Position numbers and translations under genes: made by a program
Notes under the pieces: model-generated
Seen by the model: only the letters and a program-made list of their open reading frames with translations
The model's database searches: none
What the model was told of the DNA's origin: nothing
DNA from: Nemertoderma westbladi
Taxonomy: Eukaryota > Animalia > Xenacoelomorpha
Length of the DNA stretch: 64,000 nucleotides
Assembly: GCA_032718475.1 (NCBI GenBank)
Contig: JAUCBJ010009163.1
Span: 164,836 to 228,835 of the forward strand
Reading direction: 5' to 3'
Part shown: positions 1 to 12,900 of the stretch, piece after piece
Layout: every line of letters begins with the position of its first letter
Position numbering within the stretch: position 1 is the stretch's first letter

Positions 1-3000
1 ATCCCACTCCACGAGATAGAGAATCTTAAATGAACGTCAAAAGAACAGGTAACACTTACATTTATAGAAGTAATCAGCTATTATTTGCTACGTCTTTCCG
101 CTGGAGATGTATGAATTTTGACTGTGCCAGAACACCCCCTATCTGTGGTTGTATGAGTGGAGAGATAAGTAGCTTATCTCCCTATTAATATTGTTGTGTT
201 CTAGAATATTTATTATTGTTTCATCGTATTGCCAAAGTGACTGGAGCTGAAGTTAACTTACAATACTATAATTCACCTCAAATATCTCAGCTATTTCATG
301 AACATAATGAAGTATTAAAGCCATGTCAAAATCCTTGGTGTTTTTCTGCAATAATTTATCAAAATATCCTCTGTTTTTTTCAAAACCATATCGATTTTAT
401 ATTTATAACTTCTAACCCACTCCACGAGATAGAGAATCTTAAATGAACGTCAAAAGAACAGGTAACACTTACATTTATAGAAGTAATCAGCTGTTATTTG
501 CTACGTCTTTCCGCTGAAGATGAATGAATTTTGATTGTGTCAGAACACCCCCTATCTGTGGTTGTATGAGTGGAGAGATAAGAAGCTTATCTCCCTATTA
601 ATATTGTTGTGTTCTAGAATATTTATTATAGTTTCATCGTATTGCTAAAGTGGCTGGAGCTAAAGTTATTATGTAATGCAATAATTCACCTCAAATATCT
701 CAGCTATTTCATGAACATAATGAAGTATTAAAGCCAAGTCAAAATCATCGGTGTTTTTCTGCAATAATTTATCAAAATATCCTCTGATTTTTTTCAAAAA
801 CCATATCGATTTTCTTATTTATATCTTCTAACCCACTCCACGAGATAGAGAACCTTAAATGAAAGACAAAAGAACAGGTAACACTTATATTTATAGAAGT
901 AATGAGCTGTTAATTGCTACGTCTCTCCGCTGAAGATGAATGAATTTTGATTGTGTCAGAACACCCCCTATCTATGGTTGTATGAGTGGAGAGATAAGTA
1001 GCCTATCTCCCTATTAATATTGTTGTGTTCTAGAATATTTTTTATAGTTTCATCGTATTGCCAAAGTGACTGGAGCTAAAGTTATTATGTAATGCAATAA
1101 TTCACCTCAAATATCTCAGCTATTTCATGAACATAATGAAGTATTAAAGCCATGTCAAAATCCTTGGTGTTTTTCTGCAATAATTTATCAAAATATCCTC
1201 TGATTTTTTACAAAAACCATATCGATTTTCATATTTATAACTTCTATCCCACTCCACGAGATAGAGAATCTTAAATGAACGTCAAAAGAACTGGTAACAC
1301 TTACATTTATAGAAGTAATCACCTGTTATTTGCTACGTCTTTCCGCTGGAGATGGATGAATTTTGATTGCGTTGGAACACCCCCTATCTGCGGCTTTCAG
1401 AGTGGAGAGATAAGTATCCTATCTCCCTATTAATATTGTTGTGTTCTAGAATATTTTTTATAGTTTCATCGTATTGCCAAAGTTACTAGAGCTGAAGTTA
1501 ACTCATAATACAATAATTCACCTCAAATATCTCAGCTATTTCATGAACATAATGAAGTATTAAAGCCATGTCAAAGTCCTTGGTATTTTTCTGCAATAAT
1601 TTATCAAAATATCCTCTGATTCTTTACTATAACCATATCGATTTTAATATTTATAACTTTTAACCCACTCCACGAGTTAGATAATCTGAAATGAAAATCA
1701 AAAGAACAGGTAAAACTTACATTTATAGATGTAATCAGTTGTTATTTGCTACGTCTTTCCGCTGGAGATGGATGAATTTTGATTGTGTCAGAACACCCCC
1801 TATCTGTGGCTTTCTGAGTGGAGATATAAGTAGCCTATCTCCCTATTAATATTGTTGTGTTCTAGAATATTTATTATAGTTTCATCGTATTGCTAAAGTG
1901 GCTGGAGCTAAAGTTATTATGTAATGCAATAATTCACCTCAAATATCACAGCTATTTCATGAACATAATGAAGTATTAAAGCCATATCAAAATACTTGGT
2001 GTTTTTCTGTAATAATTTATCAAAATATCCTCTGATTTTTTTAAAAAACCATATCGATTTTCTTATTTATATCTTCTAACCCACTCCACGAGATAGAGAA
2101 TCTTAAATGAAAGTCAAAAGAACGAGTAACACTTACATTTAAAGAAGTAATCAGCTGTTATTTGCTACATCTTTCCGCTGAAGATGAATGAATTTTGATT
2201 GTGTCAGAACACCCCCTATCTGTGGTTGTATGAGTGGAGAGATAAGAAGCCTATCTCCCTATTAATATTGCTTTGTTCTAGAATATTTATAATTGTTTCA
2301 TCGTATTGCCAAAGTGACTGGAGCTGAAGTTAACTTACAATACCTCCAATACTTACAATTCACCTCAAATATCTCAGCTATTTCATGAACATAATGAAGT
2401 ATTAAAGCCATGTCAAAATACTTGGTGTTTTTCTGCAATAATTTATCAAAATATCCTCTGTTTTTTTCAAAACCATATCGATTTTATATTTATAACTTCT
2501 AACCCACTCCACGAGATAGAGAATCTTAAATGAACGTCAAAAGAACAGGTAACACTTACATTTATAGAAGTAATCAGCTGTTATTTGCTACGTCTTTCCG
2601 CTGGAGATGGATGAATTTTGATTGTGTCAGAACACCCCCTATCTGTGGCTTTCTGAGTGGAGAGATAAGTAGCCTATCTCCCTATTAATATTGTTGTCTT
2701 CAAGAATATTTTTTATTGTTTAATCGTATTGCCAAAGTGAATGGAGCTGAAGTTAACTTATAATACTATAATTCACCTCAAATATCTCAGCTATTTCATG
2801 AACATAATGAAGTTTTAAAGCCATGTCAAAATCATTGGTGTTTTTTCTGCAATAATTTATCAAAATATCCTCTGATTTTTTTAAAAAACCATATCGATTT
2901 TCTTATTTATATCTTCTAACCCACTCCACGAGATAGAGAATCTTAAATGAAAGTCAAAAGAACGAGTAACACTTACATTTAAAGAAGTAATCAGCTGTTA

Positions 3001-5717
3001 TTTGCTACATCTTTCCGCTGAAGATGAATGAATTTTGATTGTGTCAGAACACCCCCTATCTGTGGTTGTATGAGTGGAGAGATAAGAAGCCTATCTCCCT
3101 ATTAATATTGCTTTGTTCTAGAATAATTATTATTGTTTCATCGTATTGCTAAAGTAGCTGGAGCTAAAGTTATTATGTAATGCAATAATTCACCTCAAAT
3201 ATCTCAGCTATTTCATGAACATAATGAAGTAGTAAAGCCAAGTCAAAATCATTGGTGTTTTTCTGCAATAATTTATCAAAATATCCTCTGATTTTTTTCA
3301 AAAACCATATCGATTTTCTTATTTATATCTTCTAACCCACTCCACGAGATAGAGAATCTTAAATTAAAGACAAAAGAACAGGTAACACTTACATTTATAG
3401 AAGTAATCAGGTGTTATTTGCTACGTCTTTCCGCTGAAAATGAATGAAATATTTCATATTTATAACTTCTATCCCACTCCACGAGATAGAGAATCTTAAA
3501 TGAACGTCAAAAGAACAGGTAACACTTACATTTATAGCAGTAATCAGCTGTTATTTGCTACATCTTTCCGCTGAAGATGAATGAATTTTGATTGTGTCAG
3601 AACACCCCCTATCTGTGGTTGTATGAGTGGAGAGATAAGAAGCTTATCTCCCTATTAATATTGCTTTGTTCTAGAATATTTATTATAGTTTCATCGTATT
3701 GCTAAAGTAGCTGGAGCTAAAGTTATTATGTAATGCAATAATTCACCTCAAATATCTCAGCTATTTCATGAACATAATGAAGTATTAAAGCCAAGTCAAA
3801 ATCATTGGTGTTTTTCTGCAATAATTTATCAAAATATCCTCTGATTTTTTTCAAAAACCATATCGATTTTCTTATTTATATCTTCTAACCCACTCCACGA
3901 GATAGAGAATCTTAAATGAAAGACAAAAGAACAGGAAACACTTATATTTATAGAAGTAATCAGCTGTTATTTGCTACGTCTTTCCGCTGAAGATGAATGA
4001 ATTTTGATTGTGTCAGAACACCCCCTATCTATGGTTGTATGAGTGGAGAGATAAGTAGCCTATCTCCCTATTAATATTGTTGTGTTCTAGAATATTTTTT
4101 ATAGTTTCATCGTATTGCCAAAGTGACTAGAGCTGAAGGTAACTCATAATACAATAATTCACCTCAAATATCTCAGCTATTTCATGAACATAATGAAGTA
4201 TTAAAGCCATGTCAAAATCATTGGTGTTTTTCTGCAATAATTTATCAAAATATCCTCTGATTTTTTTCAAAAACCACATCGATTTTCTTATTTATATCCT
4301 CTAACCCACTCCACGAGATAGAGAATCTTAAATGAAAGTCAAAAGAACAGGTAACACTTACATTTATAGAAGTAATCAGGTGTTATTTGCTACGTCTTTC
4401 CGCTGAAAATGAATGAAATATTTCATATTTATAACTTCTATCCCACTCCACGAGATAGAGAATCTTAAATGAACGTCAAAAGAACAGGTAACACTTACAT
4501 TTATAGCAGTAATCAGCTGTTATTTGCTACATCTTTCCGCTGAAGATGAATGAATTTTGATTGTGTCAGAACACCCCCTATCTGTGGTTGTATGAGTGGA
4601 GAGATAAGAAGCTTATCTCCCTATTAATATTGCTTTGTTCTAGAATATTTATTATAGTTTCATCGTATTGCTAAAGTAGCTGGAGCTAAAGTTATTATGT
4701 AATGCAATAATTCACCTCAAATATCTCAGCTATTTCATGAACATAATGAAGTATTAAAGCCAAGTCAAAATCATTGGTGTTTTTCTGCAATAATTTATCA
4801 AAATATCCTCTGATTTTTTTCAAAAACCATATCGATTTTCTTATTTATATCTTCTAACCCACTCCACGAGATAGAGAATCTTAAATGAAAGACAAAAGAA
4901 CAGGTAACACTTATATTTATAGAAGTAATCAGCTGTTATTTGCTACGTCTTTCCGCTGAAGATGAATGAATTTTGATTGTGTCAGAACACCCCCTATCTA
5001 TGGTTGTATGAGTGGAGAGATAAGTAGCCTATCTCCCTATTAATATTGTTGTGTTCTAGAATATTTTTTATAGTTTCATCGTATTGCCAAAGTGACTGGA
5101 GCTAAAGTTATTATGTAATGCAATAATTCACCTCAAATATCTCAGCTATTTCATGAACATAATGAAGTATTAAAGCCATGTCAAAATCCTTGGTTTTTTT
5201 CTGCAATAATTTATCAAAATATCCTCTGATTTTTTTACAAAAACCATATCGATTTTCATATTTATAACTTCTATCCCACTCCACGAGATAGAGAATCTTA
5301 AATGAACGTCAAAAGAACTGGTAACACTTACATTTATAGAAGTAATCACCTGTTATTTGCTACGTCTTTCCGCTGGAGATGGATGAATTTTGATTGCGTT
5401 GGAACACCCCCTATCTGCGGCTTTCAGAGTGGAGAGATAAGTATCCTATCTCCCTATTAATATTGTTGTGTTCTAGAATATTTTTTATAGTTTCATCGTA
5501 TTGCCAAAGTTACTAGAGCTGAAGTTAACTCATAATACAATAATTCACCTCAAATATCTCAGCTATTTCATGAACATAATGAAGTATTAAAGCCATGTCA
5601 AAGTCCTTGGTATTTTTCTGCAATAATTTATCAAAATATCCTCTGATTCTTTACTATAACCATATCGATTTTCATATTTATAACTTCTATCCCACTCCAC
5701 GAGATAGAGAATCTTAA
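1..5717. repeat. ~415-bp tandem satellite array, block 1 (runs off the left edge)
   Basis: The motif CCCACTCCACGAGATAGAGAATCTTAAATG recurs at 3, 416, 832, 1248 and onward, a period of 413-416 bp, with high identity between monomers. Confidence 0.98.
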
Positions 5718-6969
5718 CCCTATTACCACTGGGGTGTTTTGACCATTAGCACCACTGGGGGGGGCCGATTCGGCCCGCCCTCTATATTTTTGTAGTCGTC
5801 CAATGAAATCCTACAAAATTTGGGCTGTTGGTGAAACAACTATAGATGAACACTACCAAACCTTAAAAAATTAAAATTTCATAAGCAGGGACTCATAATT
5901 TTGATGAAAAATAAAAGTAGTCCCAGGACAAAATTACAAAATTTTTCGTTTTCTAAAAACTAATAGTGTGGCAGTGTTGGCTAGATTTAGTAGGTTTTTC
6001 ATGACGCTGAATCGAATGTGATTATATTCCACTTCCAAAAATTGAAGTGGATGCTATTTTTCGTGCACCTTAGAAGTGGGCGTGGCACTTCAAATTTTGA
6101 AAAATTTGATATTCAGAAAATGCCCCTAATTTTTTTATTTCAACGCATCTTTATAGGTTTTCTGGGCCGCTGAATCGATTGAACGTAATATAGAAGCCTG
6201 AAGACTGAGTGGTTCGCCATTTTTGGTGCACCAAAATTAGGGCGTGGCACTTCAAATTTTGAAAAATACGAGATTCGGAAAATAAACCAAAATTGAAATT
6301 TTATCGCATTTATATAGGTTTTCCAGACCGCTGAATCGATTGAAACTAATATAGAAGCCTGAAGACTTAGAAGTTAGCCATTTTTTGAAATCAAAACTTT
6401 AGTGTTTTTTCCGAATAAAGTAATTTTGAAAATTTGAAGTGCCACGCCCTAATTTTGGTGCACCAAAAATGGCGAACCACTAAGTCTTCAGGCTTCTATA
6501 TTACTTTCAATCGATTCAGCGCTCCAGAAAACCTATAAAAATGCTTTGCAAATCAAAACTTTAGTGTATTTTCCGAATCTCGTATTTTTCAAAATTTGAA
6601 GTGCCACGCCCTAATTTTGGTGCACCAAAAATGGCGAACCACTACACTTACATACTTGTATAGAGCATTAGAGTGATCCAAACCAATAAAAATAAATAAA
6701 AATAGCCCAACCATAAATAATTACTAGATCACGAATGACTTTGTAAAATTCGAAAATTTCAAAAAATTTGGTGCTCGAGACCAAATTTTGAGGTGGCACC
6801 CACATCGAAAAGTAGAAATCCAATTGCAACGGCGTTTTTTGCAAAAGATGCGGCATTAAATTTGGCTAATTCTCACAAAAAATTGGGCCGGTACGTAATG
6901 TGGTTGCATAGTTACAGCAACTAAAAACTAGGAAGGGGCCGATTCGCCCCCCCCCCAGTGTTAATAGGG
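5718..6969. mobile_element. Non-autonomous piggyBac-like DNA transposon (MITE) inserted in the satellite
   Basis: Left end TTAA|CCCTATTACCACTGGGG; right end CCCCAGTGTTAATAGGG|TTTA. The TIR has 1 mismatch in 17. It sits at the satellite ATCTTAAATG site with a TTAA TSD (right copy has 1 mismatch), and the satellite resumes in phase. It has internal direct and inverted subrepeats and no transposase ORF. Confidence 0.88.
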
Positions 6970-9900
6970 TTTAATGAACGTAAAAAGAACAGGTAACACT
7001 TACATTTATAGAAGTAATCAGCTGTTATTTGCTACGTCTTTCCGCTGGAGATGGATGAATTTTGATTGTGTCAGAACACCCCCTATCTGTGGCTTTCTGA
7101 GTGGAGAGAAAAGTAGCCTATCTCCCTATTAATATTGTTGTGTTCTAGAATATTTATTATAGTTTCATCGTATTGCTAAAGTGGCTGGAGCTAAAGTTAT
7201 TATGTAATGTAATAATTCACCTCAAATATCTCAGCTATTTCATGAACATAATGAAGTATTAAAGCCATGTCAAAATCGTTGGTATTTTTCTGCAATAATT
7301 TATCAAAATATCCTCTGATTCTTTACTATAACCATATCGATTTTAATATTTATAACTTTTAACCCACTCCACGAGATAGATAATCTTAAATGAAAATCAA
7401 AAGAACAGGTAAAACTTACATTTATAGATGTAATCAGTTGTTATTTGCTACGTCTTTCCGCTGGAGATGGATGAATTTTGATTGTGTCAGAACACCCCCT
7501 ATCTGTGGCTTTGTGAGTGGAGATATAAGTAGCCTATCTCCCTATTAATATTGTTGTGTTCCAGAATATTTATTATAGTTTCATCGTATTGCTAAAGTGG
7601 CTGGAGCTAAAGTTATTATGTAATGCAATAATTCACCTCAAATATCACAGCTATTTCATGAACATAATGAAGTATTAAAGCCATATCAAAATACTTGGTG
7701 TTTTCTGTAATAATTATCAAAATATCCTTTGATTTTTTTCAAAAACCACATCGATTTTCTTATTTATATCTTCTAACCCACTCCACGAGATAGAGAATCT
7801 TAAATGAAAGTCAAAAGAACAGGTAACACTTACATTTATAGAAGTAATCAGCTGTTATTTGCTACGTCTTTCCGCTGAAGATGAATTAATTTTGATTGTG
7901 TCAGAACACCCCCTATCTGTGGCTTTCTGAGTGGAGATATAAGTAGCCTATCTCCCAATTAATATTGTTGTGTTCTAGAATATTTTTTATAGTTTCATCG
8001 TATTGCCAAAGTGACTAGAGCTGAAGTTAACTCATAATACAATAATTCACCTCAAATATCTCAGCTATTTCATGAACATAATGAAGTATTAAAGCCATGT
8101 CAAAATCATTGGTGTTTTTCTGCAATAATTTATCAAAACATCCTCTGATTTTTTTCAAAAACCACATCGATTTTCTTATTTATATCCTCTAACCCACTCC
8201 ACGAGATAGAGAATCTTAAATGAAAGTCAAAAGAACAGGTAACACTTACATTTATAGAAGTAATCAGCTGTTATTTGCTACGTCTTTCCGCTGAAAATGA
8301 ATGAATTATTTCATATTTATAACTTCTATCCCACTCCACGAGATAGAGAATCTTAAATGAACGTCAAAAGAACAGGTAACACTTACATTTATAGCAGTAA
8401 TCAGCTGTTATTTGCTACGTCTTTCCGCTGGAGATGGATGAATTTTGATTGCATTGGAACACCCCCTATCTGTGGCTGTATGAGTGGAGAGATAAGTAGC
8501 CTATCTCCCTGTTAATATTGTTGTGTTCTAGAATATTTATTATAGTTTCATCGTATTGCTAAAGTGACTAGAGCTGAAGTTAACTCATAATACAATAATT
8601 CACCTCAAATATCTCAGCTATTTCATGAACATAATGAAGTATTAAAGCCATGTCAAAATCCTTGGTGTTTTTCTGCAATAATTTATCAAAATATCCTCTG
8701 TTTTTTTACAAAAAGCATATCGATTTTCATATTTATAACTTCTAACCCACTCCAAGAGATAGAGAATCTTAAATGAAAGTCACAAGAACAGGTAACACTT
8801 ACAATTATAGCAGTAATAAGCTGTTATATGCTACGTCTTTCCGCTGGAGATGGATGAATTTTGATTGTGTCAGAACACCGCCTATATCTGTGGCTGTCTA
8901 AGTGGAGAGATAAGTATCCTATTTCCGTGTTAATATTGTTGTGTTCTAGAATATTTATTATAGTTTCATCGTATTGCTAAAGTGGCTGGAGCTAAAGTTA
9001 TTATGTAATGCAATAATTCACCTCAAATATCACAGCTATTTCATGAACATAATGAAGTATTAAAGCCATGTCAAAATACTTGGTGTTTTTCTGTAATAAT
9101 TTATCAAAATATCCTCATATTTTTTTTAAAAACCATTTCGATTTTCTTATTTATATCTTCTAACCCACTCCACGAGATAGAGAATCTTAAATGAAAGTCA
9201 AAAGAACAGGTAACACTTACATTTATAGAAGTAATCAGCTGTTATTTGCTACGTCTTTCCGCTGAAGATGAATGAATTTTGATTGTGTCAGAACACCCCC
9301 TATCTGCGGCTTTCAGAGTGGAGAGATAAGTATCCTATCTCCCTATTAATATTGTTGTGTTCTAGAATATTTTTTATAGTTTCATCATATTGCCAAAGTT
9401 ACTAGAGCTGAAGTTAACTCATAATACAATAATTCACCTCAAATATCTCAGCTATTTCATGAACATAATGAAGTATTAAAGCCATGTCAAAATCCTTGGT
9501 ATTTTTCTGCAATAATTTATCAAAATATCCTCTGATCCTTTACTATAACCATATCGATTTTCATATTTATAACTTCTAACCCACTCCACGAGATAGCGAA
9601 TCTTAAATGAATGTCAAAAGAACAGGTAACACTTACATTAATAGAAGTAATCAGCTGTTATTTGCTACATCTTTCTGCCAGAGATGGATGAATTTTGATT
9701 GTGTCAGAACACCCTCTATCTGTGGTTGTATTAGTGGAGAGATAAGTAGCCTATCTCGCTATTAATATTGTTGTATTCTATAATATTTATTATAGTTTCA
9801 TCGTATTGCTAAAGTGGCTGGAGCTAAAGTTATTATGTAATGCAATAATTCACCTCAAATATCTCAGCTATTTCATGAACATAATGAAGTATTAAAGCCA

Positions 9901-12900
9901 TGTCAAAATCCTTCGTGTTTTTCTGCAATAATTGATCAAAATATCCTGTAATTTTTTACAAAAACCATATCGATTTTCATATTTATAACTTCTATCCCAC
10001 TCCACGAGATAGAGAATCTTAAATGAACGTCAAAAGAACAGGTAACACTTACATTAATAGAAGTAATCAGCTGTTATTTGCTACATCTTTCTGCCAGAGA
10101 TGGATGAATTTTGATTGTGTCAGAACACCCTCTATCTGTGGTTGTAGGAGTGGAGAGATAAGTATCCTATCTCCCTATTAATATTGTTGTGTTCTAGAAT
10201 ATTTTTTATAGTTTCATCGTATTGCCAAAGTGACTGGAGCTGAAGTTAACTTATAATACTATAATTCACCTCAAATATCTCAGCTATTTCATGAACATAA
10301 TGAAGTATTAAAGCCATGTCAAAATCATTGGTGTTTTTCTGCAATAATTTATCAAAACATCCTCTGATTTTTTTCAAAAACCACATCGATTTTCTTATTT
10401 ATATCTTCTAACCCACTCCACGAGATAGAGAATCTTAAATGAAGTCAAAAGAACAGGTAACACTTACATTTAAAAGTAAAGTAAAAAAAAAAGACTTTAT
10501 AGAAGTAATCAGCTGTTATTTGCTACGTCTTTCCGCTGGAGATGGATGAATTTTGATTGTGTCAGAACACCCCCTATCTGTGGCTTTCTGAGTGGAGAGA
10601 AAAGTAGCCTATCTCCCTATTAATATTGTTGTGTTCTAGAATATTTATTATAGTTTCATCGTATTGCTAAAGTGGCTGGAGCTAAAGTTATTATGTAATG
10701 TAATAATTCACCTCAAATATCTCAGCTATTTCATGAACATAATGAAGTATTAAAGCCATGTCAAAATCCTTCGTGTTTTTCTGCAATAATTGATCAAAAT
10801 ATCCTGTAATTTTTTACAAAAACCATATCGATTTTCATATTTATAACTTCTATCCCACTCCACGAGATAGAGAATCTTAAATGAACGTCAAAAGAACAGG
10901 TAACACTTACATTTATAGAAGTAATCAGCTGTTATTTGCTACGTCTTTCCGCTGGAGATGGATGAATTTTGATTGTGTCAGAACACCCCCTATCTGTGGC
11001 TTTCTGAGTGGAGAGATAAGTAGCCTATCTCCCTATTAATATTGTTGTGTTCTAGAATATTTTTTATTGTTTCATCGTATTGCCAAAGTGACTGGAGCTG
11101 AAGTTAACTTATAATACTATAATTCACCTCAAATATCTCAGCTATTTCATGAACATGATGAAGTATTAAATCCATGTCAAAATCCTTGGTGTTTTTCTGC
11201 AAGAATTTATCAAAATATCCTCTGTTTTTTTCAAAACCATATCGATTTTCATATTTATAACTTCTAACCCACTCCAAGAGATAGAGAATCTTAAATGAAA
11301 GTCAAAAGAACAGGTAACACTTACATTTATAGCAGTAATCAGCTGTTATATGCTACGTATTTCCGCTGGAGATGAATGAATTTTGATTGGTCAGAACACC
11401 CCCTATCTGTGGATGTCTGAGTGGAGAGATAAGTATCCTATCTCCCTGTTACTATTGTTGTGTTCTACAGTATAATATTTATTATAGTTTCATCGTATTG
11501 CCAAAGTGACTGGAGCTGAAGTTAACTCATAATACAATAACTCACCTCAAATTTTTCAGCAATTTCATGAACATAATGAAGTATTAAAGCCATGTCAAAA
11601 TCCTTGGTGTTTTTCTGCAATAATTTATCAAAATATCCTCTGATTTTTTAGGAAAACCATATCGATTTTCATATTTATAACTTCTAACCCACTCCACGAG
11701 ATAGCGAATCTTAAATGAAAGTCAAAAGAACAGGTAACACTTACATTAATAGAAGTAATCAGCTGTTATTTGCTACATCTTTCTGCCAGAGATGGATGAA
11801 TTTTGATTGTGTCAGAACACCCCCTATCTGTGGTTGTATGAGTGGAGAGATAAGTAGCCTATCTCGCTATTAATATTGTTGTATTCTATAATATTTATTA
11901 TAGTTTCATCGTATTGCTAAAGTGGCTGGAGCTAAAGTAATGCAATAATTCACCTCAAATATCTCAGCTATTTCATGAACATAATGAAGTATTAAAGCCA
12001 TGTCAAAATCCTTGGTATTTTTCTGCAATAATTTATCAAAATATCCTCTGATTCTTTACTATAACCATATCGATTTTAATATTTATAACTTTTAACCCAC
12101 TCCACGAGATAGATAATCTTAAATGAAAATCAAAAGAACAGGTAAAACTTACATTTATAGATGTAATCAGTTGTTATTTGCTACGTCTTTCCGCTGGAGA
12201 TGGATGAATTTTGATTGTGTCAGAACACCCCCTATCTGTGGCTTTGTGAGTGGAGATATAAGTAGCCTATCTTCCTATTAATATTGTTGTGTTCCAGAAT
12301 ATTTATTATAGTTTCATCGTATTGCTAAAGTGGCTGGAGCTAAAGTTATTATGTAATGCAATAATTCACCTCAAATATCACAGCTATTTCATGAACATAA
12401 TGAAGTATTAAAGCCATATCAAAATACTTGGTGTTTTCTGTAATAATTTATCAAAATATCCTTTGATTTTTTTCAAAAACCACATCGATTTTCTTATTTA
12501 TATCTTCTAACCCACTCCACGAGATAGAGAATCTTAAATGAAAGTCAAAAGAACAGGTAACACTTACATTTATAGAAGTAATCAGCTGTTATTTGCTACG
12601 TCTTTCCGCTGAAGATGAATGAATTTTGATTGTGTCAGAACACCCCCTATCTGTGGCTTTCTGAGTGGAGATATAAGTAGCCTATCTCCCAATTAATATT
12701 GTTGTGTTCTAGAATATTTTTTATAGTTTCATCGTATTGCCAAAGTGACTAGAGCTGAAGTTAACTCATAATACAATAATTCACCTCAAATATCTCAGCT
12801 ATTTCATGAACATAATGAAGTATTAAAGCCATGTCAAAATCATTGGTGTTTTTCTGCAATAATTTATCAAAACATCCTCTGATTTTTTACAAAAAGTATA

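Noticed and set aside
216-446. Short ORFs in the satellite (216-446, 33445-33678, 37734-37928)
   Set aside because: The reading frames are broken in most monomers; these are chance ORFs in non-coding repeat.
505-560. CTGAAGA...TCA-GAAC in some satellite monomers, reminiscent of a hammerhead ribozyme core
   Set aside because: Many monomers have CTGGAGA instead, the required GAAA is GAAC, and I could not build stems I and III.
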